64,000 bases of DNA from Octopus sinensis (Eukaryota), in assembly GCF_006345805.1 (NCBI RefSeq), contig NC_042997.1:160270001-160334000 (forward strand), given 5' to 3'. Positions 1 through 14,053 of this stretch are shown piece after piece. The notes under the pieces were generated by a model. It was not told where the DNA came from and did no database searches. It worked only from the letters and a program-made list of their open reading frames with translations. Position 1 is the stretch's first letter. Each line of letters opens with the position of its first letter. A program made the translations under genes and the position numbers.

Positions 1-347
1 TAGTCTGCTCTTGATCTTTCATAAGGATAAGTATGTATATCCCAATATGTTATTTTTCTACTTCCTCCATCAAGTCTTCTGTAACAATAATGATAATTTC
101 TTGAAACATTCTTTTTTGCATTGAGGAGAACAATAATATGAAATTAATTTAAGTTAAGTTAATAAATTTCTAATTATTCTAATTATCTGCATGTTATTAT
201 TGCTGTGCGAAACGATCGTATGCATGAGTTAAAATTCTTTTTGAATTTTAAAATCTCTTCATCTTTAATAGTTTGTTCAGTTTGTAAGGGGTACATTTCC
301 ATAAATTCTTATCACAAACCATAGTTATGTACATAAACATAAGTATA

Positions 348-458
<111 letters not shown>

Positions 459-519
459 TGTGTGTGTTATATATTTGTTGTGCAAGATTTTTATGTGAAG
501 TCGTGGGTTGAAACAGACA

Positions 520-883
520 TTGTATTTCGGAATGGTCATTTTGCCAGTTTAGCCAATAAAAACACACGCACTATATATTTGGTGTTACTTTGCTTCAGTG
601 TTATTTCTATTGGTTTGGTAATAGATATAGTAACGATCTCATTAATGGTGGTGATTGTGATAGGAGGGAGAAAATACAGGCGCACAAATATATACATACC
701 TACAAACATACAAGAAAGCAAAGGACCACTGATGCGGTCACAGGAGTGTGACGAAAGAACTCTGGCCGAAATAAGATTAAGATTAATGTAAAAAATAAAT
801 AACACTGAAGCAAAGTAACACCAAATATATAGTGCGTGTGTTTTTATTGGCTAAACTGGCAAAATGACCATTCCGAAATACAA
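520..883. repeat. Perfect 87-bp inverted repeat (520-606 / 797-883) in microsatellite
   Basis: Arms are exact reverse complements. A diverged inverted copy of the spacer (601-710) lies at about 2375-2508. Confidence 0.92.
726..765 (+). ncRNA. Degenerate hammerhead motif between inverted arms
   Basis: CCA-CTGATGC-G-GTCAC aggagt GTGAC-GAAA-GAAC-TC-TGG. Stems I and II pair; core A9 is C; stem III is one change from AGTACT. Confidence 0.55.
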
Positions 884-959
884 CAATATATATATATATT
901 ATTTATTCATATATTTATATTATATATACGCGCAAACAAATGTATACGTATATACACAC

Positions 960-1330
960 ATGGATATATCAACACAATTTGCGTAGCTATAATTACATAT
1001 ATTGAATGTTTTTAATATGTAAATATTATTAGAAAAGATACCACTGGTGGGTCGCAAGGTTTTACAGAACATACAATTTTCCATCTAATTTTCAAACGTT
1101 CTTCGACTAGTATTACTAAATTCCCCTGGAAATTAAAAGACATTAATATAAGTTTTAAAATTAGATTTAAGATTAAATGGTCTGCAAATCCTCACCACCC
1201 ACTTGATAGAATTTGTCAACTCTGTACATCCGAACGCTATAATATTCTTTTTTTAGTAGAAAATTATTAAATGAGAGGATTAAAAAGTTCTCACCATTCT
1301 TACACACTCCTAAATATCTATTTGGTAAAT
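960..1330 (+). pseudogene. Decayed Penelope-like GIY-YIG C-terminal fragment
   Basis: Frame fragments WKLKD.N...FKI, ICQLCTSE, KLLNER resemble PLE endonuclease ends. Confidence 0.45.
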
Positions 1331-1465
1331 ATTATTAACCATTCCTTAAATATTAGTATCACTTATATTTAGGTCTAGTATTAACCATTTACTAAATTTG
1401 ATCCTTACTGAATTAGATCCTTGTTAGAACCAGAATTTATATCCATATTCTAATACATATAATAT

Positions 1466-1499
<34 letters not shown>

Positions 1500-1595
1500 C
1501 ATGTAATATTTTGAATTCGCCTTAAATGGTCCCTTTACATACTGAATACTTGATGGAATTGATTAATAATTAATTAATTTTACCCTCAATTGTTG

Positions 1596-1670
<75 letters not shown>

Positions 1671-3022
1671 CAGTAAATCATTCAATCTTATTTATTTCGT
1701 ACTATATATAAATAACATTCCCTTACCTTTAAAGTTATTGCATATCCGTTACGTTATTTCTTTCTTACTTTTCAACAGTAAAGTAAATTATAGAACAATT
1801 CATATTTTTTTGGTTATTTTTAAATTTAAATATCATAATCGATGTACCTACTAAATAGTTCCAATGTATTTTAGTAACCTATTGACTATTATACATAAAT
1901 TTAGATAGTTTGGATTTTTTCATATTGCATAATATGATATTCCTTCTTACAACCGAATATTCTCCAATTTACATATTAACATAGATAATATATAACAATT
2001 ATAAGCATATTATACTACATTATAGCCAATGCCTAAATAATACTCTCATATAATCTACCAGCTTTTTTATTTCATTACATGATAGTTTTGTTTTCCTTCC
2101 CCCTGTTCAATTTTTTCCTTTTCTAACAGATTAACTGAAAAATTCTAAACATTAAGCCTAACCTTATTGCTTTATCTTTTCTAATAGTATTTATTTATAA
2201 AACATATCTTTGACACAGGGTCTATCTATATAATTATAACGATATAAATTTTGTTGATATATGCATGTGTGTATGTATGAATATATATGTATACATTTCA
2301 TCATATATATATACACACACACACTTATATACATTTATATATATATATATGCATACATACATGCACACACTCATATCTATGTTTGTAGGTATGTATGTAT
2401 TTGTGTGCTTGTGTTTGCCACTCCTACCAAAACCACCACCATTAATGAGATAGTGACTCATGTATAGCTTTCCTGAAATGTATCTATTACCAAACCAATA
2501 GAAATAATTGATTTTTATATACAACCGATAAAGAATATTTTTTCATCTAACCTATCTTTCATTTATTTTATAAGATAATTTGTTCCCTTGTATACTTAAG
2601 TATTATTACTTTTATTTTTATTTTTATTTTGTACTATATATATTTCTTCTTTTTATTTAGATTTTATACCAAATATATTTTATTTTTTATTTACATTTTC
2701 TACTATCTATATTTTCTTTATTTACATTTTATATTATATATATTTTACATATATATATTATTAACTTTCTATTTACCATCGATTTTTTTTCTCATTCTTA
2801 TCTTTCTTTACCCTTATTATTTTAGGTTATATTTATTTTATTGTTTTCTATTTTGAATTTTTATTTACATTACTTTGTACTAAATGGCATCTTCACTAAT
2901 ATCTGATACTCACCAACTAGATACACGTAGATTATATATAGGATCTAACTTCTTAAACTCATTAATATGCTCTATACATCCTTCAAAGAAAAATGTTAAC
3001 CTTAATTCTTTAAGCTCATATG

Positions 3023-3137
3023 AACCCTGAAGAAGTTCTACCCCGTAGAGTTAATTATAATACATTTCTGAGCTTATAACCAAAATGCTTATAATTGCAT
3101 ATAAACTAGAGGTTAAACTGAAACATATATGTAGATT
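3023..3137 (+). ncRNA. Hammerhead ribozyme motif in a probable pLTR remnant
   Basis: CTGAAGA (3027-33), stem II AGTT...AACT with a long imperfect extension, GAAA-C-ATATAT-GTA (palindromic stem III). Stem I AACC/GATT has one mismatch. Confidence 0.65.
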
Positions 3138-3436
3138 TTTCACACCTCTCATTCTCCTTCTGAGCTTTACAACTTATAATTTATTTGTATTGTTATCGTT
3201 TTTAAAAATTTCAACCTCTTTATATCATATAACTAAATTATTCATTCCCCCATCTTTCTCCAGTTTCTTCTTTTTTCCAATAATGATGATAATTATCACT
3301 GCAAAATCCCCTAATATATGGCAGAAACTTTCTCCTTATATGATAGTGATTATCCAGTGGAATATTTGGGCTATATAATGCTTAATGTGGATCTAACTTC
3401 CTCGAATTAACCCTATATATATATATATATATATAT

Positions 3437-4394
3437 ACTCGTTTACTTGTTTCAGTCATTTGACAGTGGCCATTCTGGAGCACCGCATTTAGCCGAGCAA
3501 ATCGACCCCAAGAATTATTCTTTGGAAGCCTAGTACTTATTCAATCTGTGTCTTTTTGCCGAACCGCAAAGTTATGGGGACGTAAAAACAACACGATCGG
3601 TTGTCAAGCGATATTGGGGGAACAAACACAGACACGCAACCATATACAAATACACTATATATATATATATGACGGGTTTCTTTCAGTTTCCGTCTACCAA
3701 ATCCACTCACAAGGGTTTGGTCGGCCCGAGGATACAGTAGAAGATACTTGCCCAAGGTGCCACGCAGTAGGAATGAACCCGGAACCTTGTGGTTGCTAAG
3801 CAAGCTATTGGGTTGTCCGGAAATTTCGTGCCGATTTATAGTAGCTTATATTTCGACTTATTTTAAAACATGGTTGAGTCCATAAAATAGGATTTGACTA
3901 CACCTCCATTTCGAGCATAGTTTAATTTATCTTTTTGTGGAAGAAGGTTTATGTTCCTATAACCTGTGTTAATATTGTAACCATTTAAAATGGAAGATAA
4001 GAAAGTTCATTTTCGGCAGTTGATGCTTTGGGAACCAAACAAAAATTGTTCAGCTGGGATGTGTTACTCTACCCTCCATATTCACCAGATATTGCTCTTT
4101 CGGATTTCCACTTATTCAGGTCGCTGCAGAATAGTCTTAATGGTAAAAATTTCAAATCCTTGGATGACGTAAAAAGATACATTGACAAATTTTTTGCCAT
4201 GAAACCCCCTCAATTCTGGGAAGAGGGTATTTTTAAGTTAAAAGAAAGATAGAGACGTATTGTGCAACAAAATGGTTCATATTTGGTTGATTATAAATGT
4301 GGCAGCAAGTATTTATTGACGTCTTTCTTTCCTTTAAAAATCGGCATGAACTTTCCGGACAACTCAATAATTACCACACAGCCACTCCTACGCC
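3437..4394 (-). mobile_element. tRNA-derived SINE with central (TA)n tract, split by the mariner at 3808-4367
   Basis: Reverse complement matches the SINE at 41770-44855: head GGCGTAGGAGTGGCTGTGTGGTAA, B-box-like GGTTCA, shared 3' body. Confidence 0.85.
3808..4367 (+). mobile_element. Internally deleted mariner (560 bp) inserted in a SINE
   Basis: TA-flanked TIRs TTGGGTTGTCCGGAAATTTCGTGCCGATTT / AAATCGGCATGAACTTTCCGGACAACTCAA. Transposase N-terminus MEDKKVHFR is fused to C-terminus PPYSPDIALSDFHLF. Confidence 0.92.
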
Positions 4395-4555
4395 AGAATG
4401 CAGGTACAAACTTGTGGGTACGTATACACGCGTACGCATGCATACACACGTATACACTCGTACATGCACCCACATACACATACACAGGTACGTACACACA
4501 CGCACGGACGCGCGCACATAGTCACATAGTCACACGCACACAATCACACACACAC

Positions 4556-4617
<62 letters not shown>

Positions 4618-4879
4618 CTTTATTATAGCGTGATAAATAGCAATTCTCACGGTTTCCGTGTAAGGGAAGGAGTAGTTAATCAGAGTGTCACGCCATTCGA
4701 TTTATTTGTGGAAGCATTTTCATTTCAATTTTAAAAAACAGCAAGCGAGAATTGAAAACGAGAAGATAATTCAATACGAAATAAAGGAGACAAGATATCT
4801 ATTCTGTGCGAGAAGTTATAGTTATTTCCTTATTCTGAAACTGTCTGAAGTGCTATTCATCACAATATAATAAAGAAAT

Positions 4880-5228
4880 ATGAATTACTTACCAGTTAGT
4901 CACGACATCCGAAGAGGAAATCTTCACGTAATTACATTCTCAGTGCTATTAGTATGCGTGGGCAGTAATATAGCTTGCAAGGAATATTATGGAACTCGTG
5001 TTCCACCACCTGTAACTGCCATTCCAGAAGCTGACAAGTTGATTAAGATGTCAAACATTCGATCACGAATTGAGTGCTTCTCTCTTTGTATGACATATTC
5101 CGAATGTGGTATGACTATTTACAGCGTTTCCGACAAAGTATGTATCCTGCGTAAAATCAAGCAACTACCAGGTGCCTCATCATTCATTGATATTCCTGCA
5201 AACAGTATTTACACCTTGCTACAAGCCC
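4880..5228 (+). CDS. Lectin copy A, exon 1: hydrophobic N-terminal signal/anchor plus PAN/apple-like domain
   Basis: ATG at 4880. Hydrophobic stretch LHVITFSVLLVCVG, then PAN-type Cys pattern SRIECFSLCMTYSEC...KVCIL. Donor GTGAGT at 5229; phase 1, matching the exon at 13633. Joining it across an 8.4-kb intron is inferred from phase and domain logic. Confidence 0.75.
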
Positions 5229-5829
5229 GTGAGTAGTTTTCTATACTTTGTGTGTGTTATGCATAATATTAATTTTCTTTCAACCCATGTAGGAAAGGCG
5301 TCTTATATCTGTGTCTTTTTATCTGTATTATTGAAGATGATATCGGACGACCTAGCGAAATTTGAATGCTACTATTTCTTATCGGTCAAGCAACGACGTA
5401 AAGGTTCATTTTTGGATCACATTACGCATGTCCTGAAAAATTATTCTTAAAATAATTTAATAGGTAGTCATGGTATCTTATCTTAAATCTGTGATGTATC
5501 TCTGCCTACCTAACATCATCATTTTTTCCTAAGGCGGCAGGATGTTTGATTGAAAGCGATTTAGTTGTTATTTCTAAGATGTCTACCAGCCACATAGGGG
5601 CTACCTTTCGGTCTGTATTGTGCGGATCACTGGTTTAAATCAATATCTCTCCCAGTATGGCGAATTGGGAAAATGCTAGGGCTCCCCGAAATAACGTGTT
5701 TTTTTTTTTAAATTAAATAAAAGAAGAATAATCTATAGATTGAACGCTATTCATAATTATCCCGAATATCATATTAGTACATAATGTTTATATGACCAAC
5801 TCCTCTCTCTCTCTAAAATAGTACTTGCT

Positions 5830-7776
5830 TCTTATTAAAAGCAGTGTAGCAACAAGTTCTGAATATCAAAATTTTTGGAAAAGTCGTTCGAAGGTAATCG
5901 CCTTGAAATACCACGTTTTCAATTTCAATGAGCAAACCTTTATATTTTCTGAGCTTGGCGAATTCTTTTTCCGAGATATTATTATCATAGGGAATACTCA
6001 TGTCGATCAATAAACAGACATCATTGTTTTTTTCTTCTATAATATCCGCTATATTAGGTATGATGGTTCGGTCTGTATATAATGGAAAGTCCCTAAGAAT
6101 CGTTACATTTTTTTTTTTACCTCAGTTACAACTTCAGAGTGGTGATTATACCACTTGTCAGCAGTTTTGATTTTATTATGCCGACATATCAACCAATGTA
6201 GATATTGACTAATTCTGTCATTTCCTGATTTATACTCTACTAGTGCTGAGACTACATCCAGAGCTTAGGTGGTCAACTATTTCAATCACATCATTGCAGA
6301 ATCAGCATTTTGGATCTACTCCATTTTACATTGCATTGGGTCTGTAGTACCGGGTCAATATGCTTTGATCTTGAGTAGCTGAGAGGAAGCCTTGCTCTCT
6401 GCTTTTAGCCCTGAGCTCCGTAGCCACTAATGGTTAGCTTCTGGTCAACAGCTGCTTGTTTGCTATGTGTCGCATATTTGTCATGGAGTGGTTTCTGCTC
6501 CCATCTATCAGCCTACTGCTCATGCTTTGTTTTTGGCAACTAATCTCACTTCTTTTGTAACAAGAGTTGCTACACGTCTCCCCAGGTCGTTCAACCTGGG
6601 CATCATGTATGAGATCAATAGCAGATTCTTGCACAAATTTAGAGGTGAAAGTGAGTCACTATTGAAAATAACACAGATGTTCATATTCTGCAGATAGTAC
6701 TCCATTAGAGTGATGTAATTAAAGATTCGTATTCCTCAATGACATATGCTTCAAGAAATTTGAAATTACATGGGTACTTTTTTCCTAATTCTCATCTTTT
6801 ACTCTTTCGGGACTTTCTTATTTATCCTTCTATCACCCTATCGTCTTACAGTATTCTTAGTTATTTATGTATCTCATTATTCCACAGTGATGTAATGAAT
6901 TTTTCTGGTAGCAATTAGCACCGAGCATTTATCTATAGCAAACTGCATTCCATTATATTTACTGTACAGACTCAGTGTTTGGGTAAAAGTAATCCAGATC
7001 TTACTAATTTTCTGTATATAGCTAGAGATCATCCATTTAAAGTGGTTTATTTTCATCTTAGTTTTCGTAAGCGGGACTGGATTTTCTCAGTATGCTTTCA
7101 GTGGAATTAACATAATCACTCGTATTTTATTTAATATTCTACCAATACTATATATCTATCTACCTATCTATCGATATACATTCACTGCTTTCTTCCAAGG
7201 AATCTAGTGCTGTTAGCTTAGTTTTTCCTTGGAGCTGGATAGATTGGAGTAATCTCGAGTATAACCAGCCGAAATTGACCGGTGTTTGGCCAAGCCTGAG
7301 CTTTTTTCTTGGTTCGACTTCCATCCGTGCAACATCTATATTACTCCCCATGCCTGTCGTTTCTTATGTCTCTGCCGTAAAGCTTCACTTCCACACAATC
7401 CATCTTAATTTAATTCGTCCTTAGTCGAAAGATACCTGTTGTTAATGTTCTGTAATTTTTCATTTGTATTTGTGTACAATTTCTCCGTTTTTTCCCGTCT
7501 TTGTTTGCGTATACATTCGCTGTTTTCTTCCAAGGAATCTAGTGCTCTTAGCTTAGTTTATTCTTGGAGCTGGCGAGATTGGAGCGATCTCGAGTATATC
7601 CAGCCGAAATTGCAAAGATATTCTGGAACTCGACTGAGGAAAGAAAACTCCGAACAACCCGGTTTTTCTTGTCGGTTTTTTGTATCATCTATCTTGGTGT
7701 TTTGTTGTCCCATTCTATATCATCTAGCCGTCTGGATGTTTTGTATTCTTGTCACATTTTTGTATTCCTTTATCTA

Positions 7777-7848
<72 letters not shown>

Positions 7849-8690
7849 CATATATATGTATATATGAATATGTATATATATATATATAAAGATATATATA
7901 TATATGTATATATATACGTATGTATGTATGTATGTATGTATGTATAAATAGTAGATCAACAGTTAAACTTGATTTCTTTCTACATTCTCTTTGCTCCTAT
8001 GACAATAGATCTACATTTAATTATATGCTTCATCTGGTGTGAGGCCGCTTAATGTTTCTTTCCTGAATAGTGGTAAGCAAATAATAGGTCAATAATTGCT
8101 GACTTCTCCTCTCTTTTCATAGTCATTCTAGATCAATACTCTTCTTCCTTTTGTCATCCACGCTGGTGTTCCATTTTTTATGTATTGAATAAATTATGGT
8201 CGTATATAGGTGTGTATACTTGGAAAGTTGTAAGCCAGAAACAACGGACACCATTTGTCCCGGGATGTTTTCAGTTTGGTATTTTCTTCAACATACCCTT
8301 TAGTCTCTTATCCGTGATAGTTATATTTCCTTGTGCCCTTCCACCTTCCATTTCTCTTTGAAATCCCTTAACAGTCAGATTTCTGCCCAGAATTTTCTTG
8401 CTGTTGAAGCATCTGGCATATCGTTTCCCTGATATACTTTTCCTTTGTTCAGTTGTTTATAGAATGTACTTCCATTGTTCTTGAAGAGCCTATTCTTCTG
8501 TCACTGATGTGTTCTCTGTTGGCATCTATAATTTTTTCCCCTTCCCTGCTTTGGTTTCTTTGTTCTCCTTCTCTAACTGTTTGCAGTCTTTTCTGTCTTT
8601 CGCTGTTTCTTTGCCGTCCGTTCCTGAGCCTTTCCTTCAACTTCTCCTTTTTATCAATGTATTTATCCATCCTAAAACTCTTTTGAGCTG
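5830..8690 (-). mobile_element. Decayed R4/Dong-like LINE in intron 1 of copy A, interrupted by a repeat at 7140-7950
   Basis: IDMSIPYDNNI..KE..KL.KYK (restriction-like endonuclease), FLSATQDQ, CCHC remnant; upstream part at 8000-8690. Confidence 0.7.
7185..7775. repeat. Interspersed repeat with partial direct duplication (about 7188-7280 and 7522-7612), abutting (TA)n
   Basis: TTTCTTCCAAGGAATCTAGTGCT...CCAGCCGAAATTG occurs twice. Partial-tandem layout is pLTR-like; identity unproven. Confidence 0.6.
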
Positions 8691-8823
8691 CACAATTTGA
8701 TTCTCAAGCCTTCTTCTTCTCCTCCTCCTCCTCTTCCTTCTTCTTCTTCTTCTTCTTCTTCTTCTACTACTACTACTACTATTATTATTATTATTATTAT
8801 CATCATTATTATTATTATTATTA

Positions 8824-8861
<38 letters not shown>

Positions 8862-10024
8862 GTTATTATCATTATTATTATTATTATTATTATTATTGTT
8901 ATTATTAATGATCTGACAGTGTTAGTGGTATCATGCACAGTACAAAAATCAGTGAGGAGGGGGAGTCATCTTGGATGATGCCTCTCCTGATTTCTATTTG
9001 CCTACACATCGTCCATATGCTGTGAGTTCTGTCCTACACTTCGCCTTACTTTTTCCAAGCAATCACTCTAAATTCGATGCAATACCAAATAGGTTCAGTG
9101 AGGAACCAGACTGGAAACGGAAAATCAGCTACTGGTTCAACTCTTCCAAAAACACAGGAGCTGGAAGTACCTCACAACCGGAATATTCCAACAGATAAAT
9201 ATTTCCCCACAAATAAAACTAGTACTGTACAAACCTACTTATTAATTAACACAAATCGGATGAGCCATCCGGTTTGTGTTTATGGTTGGTTCAGAGATTA
9301 TTTCACTTTGCATATCAGTTATATTAAACAAGCTGATTTTTCGTATCCAGTCTGGTTCCTCACTGGGTTACGCAACCCTTGTTTGACGACCTTTCCGTTC
9401 TCTGAATGAAAACATTTCTTATAACGTAGCTTCATAAGGCTAACAGAGCTGTATTCGTCTGTAGTGCCTTTGTTGATAGATTTTTCTCAATTCATGGTTT
9501 TTTTGTGGTGTTTTTAAACTTATGAATTGTTCACTCTGTCTGTGTTAGTTCGAAAAATTAAAAAAATTATTTTGCTTTGTTGTTTCGTTTTTGCTTCATT
9601 TGTGACACGTGCTTTCATATTCGTATATGTGACTCCTATAAATTTCACGTAGTTGTGTAAACATTGGGATGTATATAAGATTGTGTAGACATTCGAATGT
9701 ATGCGTAATTACTCAATTTATGTTCTTTCTGTTTTGTTCCATTTATATTTTATAATTTGTAAACTTTCCGGTGTTGGTTTCGCATATGTTTCGCACATGT
9801 TTCACTGGGACATCGTACATAAGAGAAACTGTGCTTTGTATGGCAGTAAAATTTCGCTTTTATGATTATTTTCCTCAAAAGACCGCTTCCTTCAAGTCTT
9901 CTACAGGTTCCTTTATCCCATTCCACCGATGTTATTACATTAGATTTGTTTTTGAATAGAGAGCCCAGTGTAGCACGTCCATGTTGTTATTCAACGCGGA
10001 GCGCATTTTCTGTTATTCCTTATA

Positions 10025-10074
<50 letters not shown>

Positions 10075-10119
10075 TATTATTGTTATTATTATTATTATTA
10101 TTATTCCTGCGTAACACAG

Positions 10120-11166
10120 TGCAGATAAAAATGCACCGGAGTCTTTAGTCATCTGTCAAGTCACAAGTACCACAGACAGATAATACTTTCCTTAAGATGT
10201 GCACTGTTCCCCACTGAGACTGCTTTTTGCAAGACATCAAATCTTGCGTGAGATTTTCAGTTGCCTTAAGAAGTCTTGGAGTTTCAATGGGATTGAGCCC
10301 AACGCTCTGATCCCCACTGGTATCACTTTTACATTACCCTCTCGCATTCTATACAGTCTTGCCATTTCCACTTTCGAAGTACTTAGTGATTTTTTTCAAC
10401 CTCTTTACTCACAACATTCATGTCATTTGGTATGGCTACATCAATGATCTGACAGTATTTGTATCTCTTGTTCAATAGGACAATATCCGGCCGACGGTTT
10501 TTGACTACCAATACGTCTGGAAATCATAGTCCCAAAATATTGTTACTTTTCCATCTTCCTGCATAATTTTACATACACATACCAGTTATCTGTAACTTCA
10601 TATTGATATTTACGGCATAAGAACGAATGAAGTTACACACACACTTTATTGTGACGGCGTTTGTATTCTTTTTGTGCAATTCTCTCACACCCACTTACGA
10701 AGTGAGTCACATTTTCCAAACTCTTTCCACAGAGACTGCATTTCTGGGTGTCAGAAGTTTTATAGATGCTATACTTCACTGAACTGGTAGCGAGAGCCTG
10801 GTCTTGTGCACCAATGATCAGGCTTTCGGTGGTATGCTTCAAATCCCCTCACCAAGACATGCCCACAATGTTGTATTATCCTTAACGTCTTGTGTATACC
10901 TTTCAAAATGTCCATGGATTCTCATTTCAAGAAAGTCTTCTCTCTCCTCAGCTCTTTGATTAATCTCTGCTTTTCCCATCATTTCATCTGCATTTATACC
11001 CATATCGTTCGCGGCATATTGAGTAGGTCTTCATCACTATTATCACATACTCGGCATGCGTCCTTCTATTATTACTTATACAAGTGTTGAAAATGTGAGC
11101 CACTTGGTAAGTGGATGTGAGAGGCTTGCACAAAAAGAATACAAACGCCGCCAACATAAAGTGTGC

Positions 11167-11197
<31 letters not shown>

Positions 11198-11349
11198 TCT
11201 TCATTGACTCTTAAGGCAACTGGAAATCTCATGCAGGATTGATTGATGTCTTGCAAAATGCAGCCTTATTGGGCACAGGGTATTATCTATCTGAGATCCT
11301 TGTTGTGACTTGACAGATGACTAGTCTCCGGTTCACTTTTACCTACATT

Positions 11350-11388
<39 letters not shown>

Positions 11389-11473
11389 ATTATAATAATT
11401 ATAATTATTATAATTATTATTATTATTATTATTATTATATTATTATTATTATTATTATATATTATTATTATTA

Positions 11474-11525
<52 letters not shown>

Positions 11526-11915
11526 CGATAACCTCCATCTTCTGCACTACATCATAGAGAGGGTGGGTAACTATTCCATAGTGTTGGCATAGCTTCCAGT
11601 GTATGTAGGTCTCTGTCGTGTCTGTGAATATATTCCTTCTTAGCCAGGACTGGACAGCCAGAGACAATATGATTTATTGTTTCTTGTCCATCTCTAGATA
11701 TTCTGTCTCTCTTAATTATATGTCTTTGGTAATTTCTGGCGAGAAGGCTTTGGTCTTGTGCTGCAATTAAAAATCCTTCAGTCGCTGCTTTGAGTCTTGG
11801 GCTTCTCAGCCATTGCGGGGATTTTGCATTATCTATTTATTTTGCGTTTAGTTTAACCCAGTATTTTCCATGAAGGGGCTTTTCTTGCCATCCTTTTATC
11901 ATGATCCGTTGCCGA
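10120..11915 (-). mobile_element. Cluster of R4/Dong-like LINE 3' fragments between (ATT)n tracts
   Basis: IIGAQDQALAT, CSLCGK..ENVTHFVSGC..YKRRHN (10633-10842). 11555-11915 is homologous to about 52390-52780. Confidence 0.78.
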
Positions 11916-12032
11916 GCAGAATATTTGCTGCTAACCATCTTTTATACCAAGACAAGTCGATGTACATTATAACACTTCCAGCACGTTAAGATCAGAAGCC
12001 ATAAGAGCCACTGTTCGGTACGGCATCTGGGC

Positions 12033-12069
<37 letters not shown>

Positions 12070-13632
12070 TATTATTATTATTATTGTTCTTCTTCTTCTT
12101 CTTCTTCTTCTTCTTGTCGTCGTTGTTGTTGTTGTTGTTGTCGTCGTCGTCATCGTCATCTTCCTCCACTTCGTCCACCTCCTCCTCCTCATCATCATCA
12201 TCATCACCATTATTATTATTATTATTATTATTATCATTATTATTATTATTATTATTATTGACTGAGCGAGCAGAGCATGCCATCGAAGTGACACTGGGGT
12301 AAAATATACGAAGCCCAGTATACCCATCATGACTACCCGTCTGATAAGGGTACACCAGGCACATGCATCACAACCATATGTGCGCGACATGGTGATCTCA
12401 TATCAAGATAAACAGCACATGACCTTGCAGGTGGAGCCCAGTTAGAATTTTCTTCAGATCGAGTAACCCATCCCGCTCAAAAGGTCCCTGAATAAGGCTT
12501 GTTTAAGGATGTTGAACGAAACACCCATGTTTCCAGAGGTGAATTATTCTTACCCCAAAGAATCCTTCTCAACACATGGCTATGATGCTCCTTATTATTA
12601 TTATTATTATCATTATTATTATTTGCTAATTTAATTAGCAGGGATATTTTCATAAGTTTTATCAAAATTCAAGACTCTCTTAGGATTCTTTTAGAATACA
12701 TGTTTCTGTTGATCGCAATCTGTCTAAATTCCTATATCTTTCTCTGTATTAAGTAGTTGTTTGAATGTTGAGTCCAATGCATCAATTTCCAAAGGAACAA
12801 TTATCATCTCTTAGTTCTACAATCACTTCATCACTCTGGTCTTCATTAAGTCTTCATATTCACATATTTATCAGTTTCCGTGATATACACTCTAATGAAA
12901 ATACACAAGGGAAGCGAATATAATGACATTGTGTGGAATCTTAATTCAGTAATTAAAGAATTGTAAAAAAAATTATAAAATGATTTTTCCGAAGCTCTGC
13001 TCATTCTTCCCCATCCCACTTTCTCATAATAAAAGCTGATACCAGCTCAAAGATATAACCACCAGTTTTTGACGTTTCACTGTTATCAGACCAGCCGTTA
13101 TGAAATTACCCTCCATTGTTTATGATAATGTATAGTGTGATTTGTGGGAAATATAGCTGCTATTTCTAGCAATTTGAATGATTGAATAGAGATACTGTTG
13201 TTACAACACTTCGTGAGTTATATTAATAACTAGCGGAATATATTTTGCATATATATTTAAATGAAGGGTGGAATTCAAAATAGTTTTATCTGCATTTGAG
13301 TTATTGGTTCTAAGTGACTTAGATGACATTGCTATTGCAGTTAGAAAGGCTAAGAAAGGAGATGAATTAACCCTTGTGAAACACTTCAGTCAACAGTTAA
13401 AGAATCCTTAAAATCCAGTCGTCTTGTATGCAACGACGAACGATTTGTTAAGAATCTCTCAATCAATGTGATTAATGGGAAGTTGAAATTTTTAAATGAT
13501 CAACCCCTTACTGGAATTATCTCAATCAGCTATAGTTAGAAATTATTCAAGACATCAAAGATATAATACTGCATCATTAAAGCTTAGCGAAGCAAACTTT
13601 TTAACTTACATATTTCTTTTGTCTTCCTCAAG

Positions 13633-13812
13633 CTGAATGTCCGACGTCAGACGGCTACACTTACCAACCAGAATTGAGATTGTGTTATCAAATAGGCTCC
13701 GCGAAAATTTCATGGAATGAAGCTGCAGACAATTGCAATAAGTATCGAGGACGACTTATTCATATTAAAAATAAGGAAGTGACGAACTATCTAAAATCAA
13801 TATTATCATGGG
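13633..13812 (+). CDS. Lectin copy A, exon 2: N-terminal half of C-type lectin domain
   Basis: Polypyrimidine tract and AG at 13631-32, GTGAGC donor at 13813, 180 nt, phase 1-1. Translates ECPTSDGYTYQPELRLCYQ...SWNEAADNC...GRLIHIKN, the CTLD beta0/alpha1 pattern. Same boundaries in copy B. Confidence 0.9.
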
Positions 13813-13970
13813 GTGAGCAACATTTTACTATTTTATACACACTCATTCACACACAACACGCTCTCTCTCTCTCTCCCTTTCTCTATCTCTCATTCTCTGT
13901 CTGTCTTTCTCTCTCTCACTCTCAAACACATACAAACGCAACATACATACACACACACACACACACAAAC

Positions 13971-14047
<77 letters not shown>

Positions 14048-14053
<6 letters not shown>

